The notes under the pieces were generated by a model, which saw only the letters and a list, made by a program, of their open reading frames with translations, was not told where the DNA came from and did not search any database. From Macrostomum lignano (lineage: Eukaryota), in NCBI GenBank assembly GCA_002269645.1, contig NIVC01001911.1:124001-188000 (forward strand): 64,000 nucleotides of DNA, written 5' to 3'. Position 1 is the stretch's first letter; every line of letters starts with the position of its first letter. The position numbers were made by a program, and so were the translations under genes. Of this stretch, positions 47,467 to 59,600 are shown piece by piece.

Positions 47467-47514
<48 letters not shown>

Positions 47515-48481
47515 AACAAAATATACGCTACAAATATCTGTATTATATAGTCGTCGAAATTTCATGTACCTGCAACATCCGCGGCCATCCATGGAGCGTT
47601 CGTGCGACGGAAAATGTTTTCGTCTTTTGGAGAAATATATGTACATGTATATATAACTATGCAAATTACATGTAAATTTTCTTACTGAAATCGTTATTGA
47701 TTATGTAAAATTTTAATGTACTTTTTATTTTAAATCAGAAACAAGCGTCTGTACAATTAATTATACGAGTAGGATCACGTACCGTAAAAGCTTTTGACGG
47801 AATACAGTACACTGTACATGTACGCTGTATGCAAATAAGCCTGAACATGTGCCTATTATAAATTTTACCGTATTCATGAATCCTGCATGCGCTGATCGCA
47901 AGTCTTTCTCCGAGAGACCGGATTCCCTGATCCGATCTTGATTTGTGATTTTCAAATTATTTCTTCAAACTTGATTTACCAACAAGATATGATGTAATTT
48001 TCCTGCTAGATCTTTTGCCTAGCTATATATACAAGACAGAAAGACTTTCAAACAGGCTGGCCACTAAAGTCCCTAAGCCTAATTAGGAGTTTGAGACTTA
48101 TATCTCAAAATTACCGAATATTATTCAAGGCACAGGCACAGCGCAAAAGCAAATAAATAGTTTTATTGTAGGGTAGGGTACGTTAGCACTCATGCAGTTT
48201 TTCCTTGTTCCGTTGTTCGGCAAACACAACCCCCCCCCTCAAAGTATTTGCTGCGAGTCTTCTGTGGCCACGCGTTCGCAGCAGCTGGCTTGGCCCTCAA
48301 AATTGTCCTTTTGGCATTGAAGTTGGCTAGTCTAGAGAGCTTGTCTGCTTTGGTTAGCTTAGCTTTGGTCCTGGACAAGTAGAGGTAGAGGTTGTTATTT
48401 TCTTCCACTCCGTTGAAAGTACTTTTCATGTGTTCACAACCATATGGCTTAAGCAGCGGTTGTATCCATGTAGCTCGTATT

Positions 48482-49318
48482 CAGGGGTGTCACCACCGAG
48501 GAGGGGGGGTTAGGAGGGACGCATGTCCCTCCAGTGAAACCTATGGCCCAGACGGGGACGTACAATGCTTTGTGGAAATCAATAATTATTTCTTCAGAGC
48601 GTTAAAATACAAGGCCTGCAGCGCTAAATTGAGTGCCTGCGACGCTAAAATGAGCGCATGCTTGCGACACCAAAATGAATGCCGTGCGGCACCAAAATGA
48701 ATGCCGTGCGGCACCAAAATGAATGCCGTGCGGCACCAAAATGAATACCGTGCGCCACGTGCGGCGCCAAAACGAGTGCCTGTGGCACCAAAAAGAGTGC
48801 CTGCGGCGCCAAAATGAATGCATGCTTGCGGCGCCAAAAAGAATGCCTGCGGCGCCAAAGAGTGCCTTCGGCGCCAAAAAGAATGCCTGAGGCGCCAAAA
48901 TGAGTGCATGCTTGCGGCGCCAAAATGAATGCCTGCGGCGCCAAAATGAGTGCATGCTTGCGGCGCCAAAATGAGTGCATGCTTGCGGCGCCAAAATGAG
49001 TGCATGCTTGCGGCGCCAAAATGAGTGCATGCTTGCGGCGCCAAAATGAGTGCATGCTTGCGGCGCCAAAATGAGTGCATGCTTGCGGCGCCAAAATGAG
49101 TGCATGCTTGCGGCGCCAAAATGAGTGCATGCTTGCGGCGCCAAAAAGAATGCTTGCGGCGCCAAAGAGTGCCTGCGGTGCCATGAGTACCTGCGGCGCC
49201 CAAATTAGCGCTAACAACACACTGATTCTCTAAATAATGTACATGTAGGAATTCAGTCATCAAAGTTGTGGCTTTGTCCCCTCCCCTCCCCCACCAAAAA
49301 ACCATGGCGACGCCCCTG
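48482..49318. mobile_element. hAT-like non-autonomous element carrying an internal 25-bp minisatellite
   Basis: TIR CAGGGGTGTCACCA / TGGCGACGCCCCTG; 8-bp flanks CTCGTATT and CATGTATT match at 6 of 8; GGCGCCAAAATGAGTGCATGCTTGC array at 48660-49200. Confidence 0.7.
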
Positions 49319-49608
49319 CATGTATTTGACTATCAAAATACTATCTACGCGTTCGCATGTACAACGTACAGTTATATTTTTTTATCGTGCATGAATGACG
49401 TCTCGCAACTCTTTTTGGTGCCGGAATGCAAATTAAGTCTATTATATTTACATGCACGCTTGTCTCAAGCCACAATTCAGTGCAGAGATACACAAATTAA
49501 TGTATAAAAACTTGGACGACATGTTATTAGGTAAAGTGGCTCGCTTGATGAAGAGTAGATAAATAAAGGTAAATATCAACATGAAGTTAGTTATTTATTT
49601 ATTTGAGT

Positions 49609-49653
49609 TGCTGATGCATTTCGTCCATTTGCATTAGGACATCGTCAGGGTCT
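49609..49653 (-). ncRNA. Minimal hammerhead ribozyme (sense copy in the PLE 3' end)
   Basis: CC-CTGACGA-T-GTCC-loop-GGAC-GAAA-TGCA-TC; position 1.1 is A, so stem I is mismatched. Confidence 0.7.
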
Positions 49654-51717
49654 TTTTATTTAAGAAACAATTTGAACGAATATTCAGTATATATAGATAG
49701 TTGAGAGTAACAAGAGTAGTTGAATTGAGTTTTTAATTGATGGTTTAAAACTTGTACATAGTAATCAATTTTTTGATACAGTATTGGTTGGGTAAAGTGC
49801 ATATATCAGTTTCAAGCCAGTCCGGTCATTGACAAATCAGCTAAAAAATTCTGAGTTGACGGCTAGCCCCACCCATCGCAAGTTGGTTATTTAACGTGGG
49901 CTGTTTGGTCTTAATGTACAGGGCTTCTAATAGTCAGAGCATGTGATCTCTATTACAAAAATCAATAGCCTTTATCATTTCGTGTGGTTTAGCCTCACAA
50001 CAGGAATTGCAGGTTAGCAGGTGTTCGTTAATAGCAGAGTTTTTTAGCCAGTGCTCTCTGACCCTCGTGTACAAGTGTCGTTTAGTTTTTCCTATGTAGG
50101 AGATGCTCTGGTCCTCAGAGCAAACAAATTTATACACGACACCAGCCGCGAGAGGACGTGGAACACTGGATTTCAACTTGCAGACGAACTTAGCAATCTT
50201 TTCGGTGCGAAACACAACATGGATTTGAGTGTTTAAGTCTTTACGTAGCAGCTTTTCTAACTTCTTTTTAAACTCTATAGAACAAACATCAAAATAAAAC
50301 AAAGTGATCAAGGGACATTCAGAGGTGGAATCACGAACTTTCATCCGAGTAGGTTCAGTCAGTTTGTCATTGAGAAAAGAGTTGACAATTTTCATCACAA
50401 AGTTCTTAGGATAGCCATTGTAGCTGAGCAGATTGGTGAGGATTTCAACTTCGTTGTGGAAAAGTCTCCAAGAGCTGCAAGTGGAAAAAGCCCAGTGAAG
50501 AAAGCCACGAATCAATCCAGTTTTCCATTGTCTAGGGCACAAGGCGTCAAACCTAAGCAAAAGCCCGGTAAAGCTAGGTTTCCTATACACGCTGGTCGAA
50601 ATAGTTTCATCGGTGGCGTCAACGTCAATGTCTAAGAAAGGAAGTCTTCTGCCTCCCCCCTCCACCGTGAATTTGATATTCTCATGAGTAGAATTGATTA
50701 ACTTAAAAAACTCGTCCTTCTTAGCTTCGTCCTCAAAGATCGCAAACGTGTCATCGACGTAGCGTTTGTAGAAGTGAGGCGCACAAGGGAGGGCCATCCA
50801 GTCCTTTTCCCAGTGAGCCATGCATAAATTAGCGAGGGTTGGGGCGAGAGGGCTGCCCATGGCACACCCATCAATCTGTCTGTAATATTTTTCCCGAAAA
50901 AGAAAGATGCCGGAGGTGGCGAATTTGAGCATCTTCTTAAAAGAGGCTTTAGAGAAAGGAGGTGGATTGGCTTTTTCATACACAAGATCAGCAGCCAGCT
51001 CAATGGTGAATTCGAGAAGGATGTTGGTGAACAGAGAAACAACATCAAAGCTATATAAAGCCTGTCAGTTTGATTAATCGTGGTATTGCTGAGGCTCTCA
51101 ATAAACTGTTTATTGGATCCCACACAGTGCTCAGAAGGAATAACAGGTTTAATTAAATTGTCAAGGAATTTGGCTAGCTCATACTCCGAAGTGTTGATCA
51201 TCGAAACAATTGGTCTTAAAGGATGACCATCCTTATGAACTTTGCACAGACCATACAGTTGTCCAGGTTGGCTACCACTTGGGACAATCACCTTAAAGAT
51301 CTCAGGGCTCACATGCGGCTTGACATAAGTTCTCAAAAAAATCTGAAGAGATCTTTCATTTTTCAGAATCGGGTGCGTCATAGTGACTTTATCGGCGGTA
51401 CCAAGGCATTGAAACTTGAGTTTGTCCTGGACCACTTTCTCAAGTTTCTCAAAATAATCATTACTGTCTAAGACAGCAACGCCATAGCCTTTATCGTAAC
51501 CAAGGATCTTGATATTGTCATTGTTCTTGAGACCGTTCATAGTCTGGTGCATAAGCCTATTGCTTTTCTTGTTAACGTATCCTTGAGCTCTACAGATAAA
51601 CTTGATTACTATGTACAAGTTTTAAACCATCAATTAAAAACTCAATTCAACTACTCTTGTTACTCTCAACTATCTATATATACTGAATATTCGTTCAAAT
51701 TTTTTCTTAAATAAAAA

Positions 51718-51762
51718 GACCCTGACGATGTCCTAATTAAAATGGACGAAATGCATCGGCAA
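51718..51762 (+). ncRNA. Minimal hammerhead ribozyme (inverted copy)
   Basis: CC-CTGACGA-T-GTCC-TAATTAAAAT-GGAC-GAAA-TGCA-TC-GG; predicted cleavage after 51757. Confidence 0.75.
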
Positions 51763-52676
51763 CTCAAATAAATAAATAACTAACTTCATGTTGATATGTT
51801 ATTAGTCTTTTTCTATCTTATCTGAAGTGGAGGGAGCTGTGTGCGAAGGTTGGAAGGGTTAAAGCTACTCCGATCAGTTTTCTTGCATCTTTTATTTCAG
51901 AGTCCAAGAGAAATTGTTCACTGGCGTATAGAGTGGCGACTTTTTAATGTTGCTGAGTATAGCTAGTTGCTGAGTATAGCTAGTTGCTGAGTATAACACT
52001 AGTTCTCTATTTTTAAACACAGCTCTCACCCCGCGAGCAAGAATTTTTCAAACTGAGGATTAAGTCATTATTTTAGTTCCGCGTTGGTTTGGTCTGCCCT
52101 ACTAGTATTGGACGGCAAGGAAATGTGTACTTCTTAAATCTGGAAATATAGCTGTGCATGTGGGTGCACATTTGGTGTACATGTGTGCATTAGTGTCATA
52201 GGAGATGTACTTGCATGACAGGGGTGAGTCAAATTTCTTGGAAAAAAGCGAATGAGAGCGCCAAGTCTGCTTTTTAAGTCTGCTATCGATAAAATACATT
52301 TGAGGCAACACACTCGGTTTCCAATCCACAAAAATTCGGTGCAATCGCTAACCTATACTGCCTAGTGCAGCGAAGCTTACAACTTTTCGATCCAAAATTT
52401 GATTTTTTGACCAAAAACTGAGTGGATTCGTTCATCTCTGAAGCTACGGAAGGAATTGCATGTAAGTTAAACAAAATACTAGTAAACCTGTCACAGTATA
52501 TGCATACTATACCATCTTATAGATAACTGCTCGTCTGTATCAAGTATTATATTTTCTCATCAATTAGTCAAAAAACTAGTGAAACCACCTTAGAATATGC
52601 ACACGTACTGACGATACAGGGAAAACTGAAAATGCAGGACTCTATACACTAGTTTCCATAAGTTAGATAAAATCTA

Positions 52677-53095
52677 CTCAATCAATTTATAAGAATGATT
52701 GCATGCACTACAGAGACTACTGATGAAATTGAGTTCAGTAGTTGATTGTCGCGCTGTCGCGAGTTGTAAAATTTTTCAAATCAGCTTCTTTGGCCCACAT
52801 AAGTGGTTAATGAGTGAAGGGTGGCCCATCTTGTGTATCTATGACATTTTTTGTAAGTGCGAGTATAAGCATCCTTCCATTGTACTTCAGCTGTCCATGA
52901 TATTGACTCGACTCGAACTAGATCAAAGATCATATCAAGGAGTTCTATAATTTGCAATGCTAATTATAGAACTCCTTGCATCATGCATATATACACAAGA
53001 TGGGCCACTCATTTACAGCGCTAAAATCTACTACTGAACTCAATTTCGTCAGTAGGCTCTGCAGTGCATGCAACCATTCTTATAGTTTGATTGAG
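52677..53095. mobile_element. Tc1/mariner-type MITE (TA TSD) with nested inverted segments
   Basis: TA|CTCAATC...GATTGAG|TA with ~70-bp TIRs. Inner pairs are GTGGCCCATCTTGTGTAT/ATACACAAGATGGGCCAC and CAAGGAGTTCTATAATT/AATTATAGAACTCCTTG. Confidence 0.75.
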
Positions 53096-53443
53096 TATCC
53101 TATTTAATTCGTTTAATAATTATAGCGTCTTATTTCCCTTAATCTACTGAACTCAAAATTTAAGCAACCCATAGATGTCGGCTTTTTTTCGCACACGTGA
53201 CGAAAAACCTAGGCCTATCTATGGAATACAGGATCCATTCTCTAGATCATCCAACAGTTTAGAAGACGAAGGAACTATTAGTATAATACTAATTTAGTGC
53301 AAAATTGTAAAATTCCTTTCTGCCTACTATTAGTACGCTCGTAGTAAAAATAAAGCGTTTTTTTATTCTATATTTTTAACTCTTTGCTAATGCATTGAAA
53401 TAATGCATTTGCATTTCTAAATAAAACCATATTTTAAACATTT

Positions 53444-53630
53444 AAGACACTTAACTCTGCATTGCTTCAGTTCACCCAGCTGTAAAATGGATGCCAGCAT
53501 TAGCTGGGATAATTGAGGGTATGTGTGGCGACCCCCAGTCCTTGGACTGAACAGCCGTACGCAGCCTTCAATAGCGGCGGCTGAGCTGTCGGTTGCACAT
53601 CTGCCCATTGGACAGGTGTAATCAATTATT
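53444..53630 (+). mobile_element. 5'-truncated CORE-type SINE
   Basis: Near-identical to the reverse complement of the 8956-9170 portion of the first copy; lacks the tRNA head. Confidence 0.82.
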
Positions 53631-53655
53631 ATAATAATTTAAACATTGCAGTATA

Positions 53656-56600
53656 ATGCAGCGTCCGAGGGGCGCCGCCTCAGGAGTGCGACGACAAGCC
53701 ACCAGCAGTCCACAGGAACTCTTCAGCGTGCAGATTACTGGCCTGCCACCCGGCGTGTCCAGTCAGAGTCTAGTCGATCGGTTCCAGCAGTCTGCAGGTC
53801 AGTTCGTGATTCCTCCCGAGCCCAAGCAGCGAGACAAGACTGCCTGGTGCGCTTATCTAAATGGACTCACAGAAAACCAGGCTGAAACCTTTCAGGAAAG
53901 ATGGAATAATAAAATATTTCCCGGCGGACAACATTCTATAAGATGCAAAACAAGCTCGTCAAAATTGAAGGGAAGTGAAAATATTCAAGGCAAGGCCACC
54001 CAACCGCAGCCCATGATTTACAACGTGGAATTATCCGGACTTCCGCCAAATGCATCGAACAAGTTTCTGGCCGCGACATTCAAGCAGAGCGCCGAAAAAT
54101 TTGAGGTGCTCCCAGAACCGAAGCAGCGTGACAAGACTGCCTGGTGCGCTTATTTAAATGACGTTCCCGAGTCTGAGGCACACAGATTTATACAAAAATA
54201 CGATAATTTCAAGATAGGCAATAACAAGTTTGTAGTGAGGTGTAAGCTCATTTTCAAAGCTGACCGTCGGACTACTGAAGATCGTTCTAGAGTGCGATCT
54301 AGAGTGCATGGTGACTCGCTACGCCAGCAAACTGAGAAGCTCGGCGCCGAGGCCTCAAGCTCGCAGTCTTCCGTGAGCACTACCCATAGTGAGACTACCA
54401 ATCAGGATAAAGGCATTTTGTGCAAGTACAATATTCTGGGCACATGTAAATTTGACAATGACTGTAAGCACATTCATATGTCTTGTCCAATGGAAGAGGA
54501 TTGCGACGATGATGAGTGTTGCCTGGGTCACCCTGCGAACGTTAAAACGCAGATTGGTCGTAGCGTGGGTCGCAGACTGGTATTGTGCAATCTCTTTCGA
54601 TTCGGAGCTTGTCGATACGAATCAGAATGCCGCTTCAAACACTTAGACTGTCCGTTAGCAGAATTATGCGAGGATTCCTGCTGCTTTTTTGGGCACCCGC
54701 AGGGCTGGGGAAGCGATTTCTCTGATCCAAACGAATGCTCTGTGGATTGCGACCAGTACGACTGCACGAAGAGCCACCCAGTTGGTCGCACAAAGCGCTG
54801 TCAATTCGGCGATAAGTGCACCAAATTTGAGTGCAGCTTCCTGCACTCCGAGAAGCGTCAGGCTTGCGAATCTGCCGGCGACTGTCAGGATTTCGACTGT
54901 TCAAAGTTGCACCCGGAATCTCGTGAGGAGCCTTGTGTGAAAGGAGCCAAGTGCCTGGAATTTCATTGCCAAAAACTGCACCCAGCTTCTAGAGAGCTAT
55001 GCGACAAGGGAAAGCTGTGCACTGAATATGCGTGCGATAAACTGCACGAAGCTGGCAGACGTAAAAAATGCAAGTGGAGAGATCGTTGCAAGCTGCCCTT
55101 TTGTCCATGGCTTCATCCAATAAACCGGAGCAAACAATTTTGCGACCGGGGCGATTCGTGCGACGACTTCGACTGCGCATTGGTGCATCCGCCTGGTCGA
55201 TGCAGTCCCTGCAAGTATGGAGAACGGTGTTGGAATCACATTTGCGAATGCCTACACCCCGAGGCTTGGAACCCTTGTCCCAACGGTCTGGGCTGTCGCG
55301 ATGTCACTTGCGATTGCTCGCACTCTCCGAGACGCCCCAAACCGTGTACGCAGGGGAGCGACTGCAGGAACAGAGATTGTGCAGGTTTACACCCAGGTAT
55401 GAGTAGCGTTTCGAACGCGCCTCTTCAGAGAAGCTCAGCGCTTAAATCGGATCACCAGCGAAGAATTGACAGAGAAGCGAACCGCTTGCCAGTACTGAAC
55501 TATCGAGAACAGTTCCTTGAACGGCTTCAAACTGAAAAAGTTCTGATTGTAAGGGCAGAGACAGGAAGTGGAAAGACCACCCAGCTGCCGCAGTACGCAG
55601 CAGAGTGCTTCGGAGGCCTTGTTATCTGCACACAGCCTCGCGTGATGGCGGCGGTCTCGATTGCGCATCGAGTGGCCCAAGAATTTGACGGATGCGATGT
55701 CGGAGAGTCAGTCGGGTACAAAGTCGGTGGCGAGAACAGTGCACCAGGCTCTGGCATAATGTTCATGACAGAGTCGTGTCTCATTCGGTATTGCCAAAGC
55801 AATGAATCATTGGACAATGTGTCAGTGCTAATCGTCGATGAAGCTCACGAGCGATCGCTGAATGTTGACATTGTTCTTGGACTTGCCAAGCTCATTCGCA
55901 TCAAGAGACCTGACAATTTCTATGTTGTGATAGCATCGGCCACGATCGATCCACAGTTGTTTCGAGATTTCTTCAACTGCGGCGTCCTTGACATTCCAGG
56001 AAGAATGTACGATGTCTCACTGCAGTACATTCCTCCGGCTTTTGATTCAAACCCGGATGTGTTTATCAAAAGTCATCTGGTGCCAAGTCTGATTAAAGCG
56101 CTGCGAGACCACAGCGACGGTTATGCGCTCGTCTTTCTGCCCGGAGAGCGAGAAATCCAGCAGGCCATCAAGGCGTTTCAGCAGCAGCAGACGGAAGACA
56201 ACTGCGTGGCGCTGCCTCTGTACGGGTCTCTTCCTCGGGAGGAACAGGTCAAGGTTCTGGACTTCAAGCCGAGTCAAGACTCCGATCGCTTGGTGGTGTT
56301 CTGCACTAATGTTGCTGAGACGTCACTGACAATTAACGGAGTCAGGTTGGTGGTCGACTCCGGTCTGGCGAAGGAGTCACGCTTTGACGCAAAGAGGCGC
56401 ATCACAGTGTTGGAGCTGCGGCAGATTTCGCAGTCAGCCGCCAACCAGAGAAAGGGTCGAGCGGGACGAACTGCACCAGGTCACTGTGTTCGGCTGTACT
56501 CTGAGGACGTTTTAAAGAGCGCTGAGTTTGTTCCCGAAATTCTGCGGTCCTCGTTGGATCTGGTCGTTCTGCTGTTGATCAAACTAAAGTTAAAGCCGCT

Positions 56601-59600
56601 CGAGTTTTCATTTCTGGACAAGCCAAATGAAGAAATGCTGATTCACTCGTACCAAACTTTGATGGATCTTGGATGCCTGTCCGGAGTTGAGTCGCTGTCA
56701 AATGCAGGTGAACTGTTTGCAGAACTCGGGCTCGATCCACGTTTGAGTGCTTTCATAGTCAGGGCTCATGAGCACTTCGGTCAGTTAGAATTGGCGGTTA
56801 CGGTTGCCTGCATCCTGACAGCCCCTGGTAGTATATTCTTCCTTGGACGCGACAAGGAGAAGAAAGAGGGACTGCAGAAAAGAGCATTAGAAGCATTTTC
56901 TCACGAAAGCGACATTCTCTACGAAGTCAGTGTCTTTGATTCGTGGTCTAACGCCGGAAAATTGATTAATGGGAAGTGCAAAAACTGCGGAAAAGTGGCT
57001 AGAAATTTTCAGAACAGCTGTAGATCATGCCGGGTTGGACACAGCAACTCAAACAGGCTCAATAACAAGGTCATGGAGCACATAGAGAAGACGCGAACCT
57101 CTTTTTTGAAGACTATAAAGAAAAGCAAATGGTTCTTAGAGCTTCAAAAGGTTGAGAGCAGCTGTGAAGACACAATCCAAGTTGTTGGAAGCTGTCTCGA
57201 GCAGGTGATTCCAGAACAGGTGACATGTCTGTTGGTAAAGCGTCTGCCGTCAGAGGGCATAAAGATTGTTGACTCAAATATCCGAGCTAGAATTTCGAAC
57301 ACATCGGTGTTTGCACAACGCCCCCAGGACTGTGAGTACTTCGTTGCAGTACGAGTTAGGCAGATGGTGTCCGGTATGTACATCGTGGATGGGTTGCACC
57401 CACTCAAAGATCCAACGACTGTGTCTGATAGAAGGTCGCATCCTTTAGAAAAGATATTTACGGAGGCCAATGCGAGCTCGAACTTGTTAAAGGCAGTCAA
57501 TTCGAAAATCAAGGATGAATCGTCACAGATCTCGGAAGAACAACGAAGGTGGATTGTACTGTCGCACAATGCGGATGAAGCAAGCATCGATGTCTACGCA
57601 AGAGCTTCGGAAAGTTCCGAACTTCGTTCCAAGCTGAAGTCTTTAATTGACAAATCAAAACTGACGTATTTACAAGAACAGCATATGCTTGAAACGAAGG
57701 GTTTCAGAGCAACATTTCAAGGTGGCCTTCAAGTAAAAGAGGTGCATATTTGTACTTTGAATCGTACTGATAGCGAAGTGTCATCATCGAATAACGAAGG
57801 TGCCACAGACTCAGCTGAAAGTGACAACGGACTGGCTCAACTTCTGGTATCCGCTCCCTGCGGCTTTGAAGAGGAAACTATTCGAGCACACAGTGACTCG
57901 ACTGCAAAGATCCATCACACTAATCAGCGCAGACGGCGTCAGGAAAAGTTTAAAGTCTTCATTTCGAATATGCCAGCAAACTGGAAAGAATCTGATGTGC
58001 AAGATCTCATTAGGAAATCAGAATGTTTGAACGCTGTAGTCCCGATTCGCATTTTCCCACCTGCTCAGCCGGGAATCGGGACTTCGAGAGCGCTTTTAAC
58101 ACTAAACAGTGAAACAGAGCGCGACAGTCTGATTAAATCTTTGAGCACAGTTTTGTGCAACATCGGACCGTTTCCTATTAGTCTCATTAGTAAGAAAAAC
58201 GGCGGAACCTTCGTTAAACAGGTTTCACCTGAAATAAAGCCTTGCGAAGATAAAACTCCATCTATTCCAGAACTATTTTTTGTTAAGTTTAACGAATCAA
58301 AGCATGCAGTCGAATTTTACAACAAGATCCGTGCAGGTTCAATTGTTGGATGCTCTGCAGAATGGACTGAATCTGTTTTCATCAGCCATCCTGACCTTTT
58401 TCCGGACCTAAACAGCCTCATTGAGCAGTCTGGCGATCCCACTGTAAAGAGTACGAGCGTTCCGAAGCCTGACAAAACGTTAGAAATCCGACTGTCCGGT
58501 CCGCAGCAGGACAAGATAAAATTGGTAGCGAACAAGCTCCGAAGTCTGTTCTCCCCAATAACTATTCGGCACGTATCCAACAAAGAGAAAACACTTTTCT
58601 ACGAAATCAAGAAGACTGGTCTGTTCGATGCCTGGGCCAAGGAACTCAATTTGGTGTGCGAATTCCGAGACGATTGAACTTCCGGGTATTTGGCTCAAAA
58701 GTAAGCCAAGGCTCTCTCATGCGAAAAATTGCTGACGAGTTCACGAAACTCGAGAGCCGCTATCGCCTGATACCCCTGAATGCTGCAACTACCCAGTTGT
58801 TCCGAAATGGACTCGCCGGAGACTCAAAATTGAAGGCGCTGCAACGGAAATGGGACCAACGTTGCTTCATCAAGTTTCTGTTCCACACCTCGGAGATTGA
58901 GCTATTTGCTAGAAAAGATTCTTCGGTTCTTTCAGATTGCGAAAAAGAGGTGAACGATCTCGTTGCTGAACTCGGAAGCAAAAATATACTTGGCCAAAAG
59001 ACGTGCGTTGTCTGCAGATCTAAGTCAGCAGTCGAAAATTTCTTCATATACGGACACCCGTACTGCAAGTGCATTGACAACTGGCTACAAAGCGTCTCTG
59101 CAGCCTCAATCTGTTGTCCGAAATGCAGACACCAATTACGATAAGAGAAATTCGCAAACTCACCGGCGACAACTTTGAAAAGCTTGCAGTACGTCAAGTT
59201 GCTCATTATGTGGCTCAGGATCCTTCAATGAAAATTGCTAGATGCATCATTAAAGACTGCAATGGATTCGTTAATAAAGGCTCGTACGAAAGTTGCGCTT
59301 GCTGTAAACACTGGGTGTGTGTTGACTGCAAGGTTGCAGACGATGTAATGCATAGAGGTTTGAGCTGCTCAGAGTTCAAAAAAGCATCTACAGATAAGGA
59401 ATCGGTTTCTCGGCTGATTAAAGCAGCAGAAGTCTATGTCAGACAGAACTGGCCTGCCGACATGCCACCGATCCGTGCGATCGACGTCAACCCTGGACTG
59501 CTTAGCAATCCTCCAAGTCCGCGTACAAAACTTTTCACCGCGGCTTGTTGTCACTGAATCGGGGCACATTGCACGAGTCCGACGGTATCTTCGCCTTTCA

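Larger units (their letters stand above)
49573..51797 (-). mobile_element. Penelope-like element (RT + GIY-YIG), 5'-truncated with an inverted copy of its 3' end
   Basis: PLRPIVS, SFDVVSLFTNI, GCAMGSPLAP, RYVDDTF, LPFLDI, VYKFVC..SYIGKT and EALYI...PTLN, with two frameshifts. Segments 49573-49768 and 51602-51797 are reverse complements. Confidence 0.93.

Noticed and set aside
48190-48429. 79-aa minus-strand ORF
   Set aside because: Short, with no motif or splice support.
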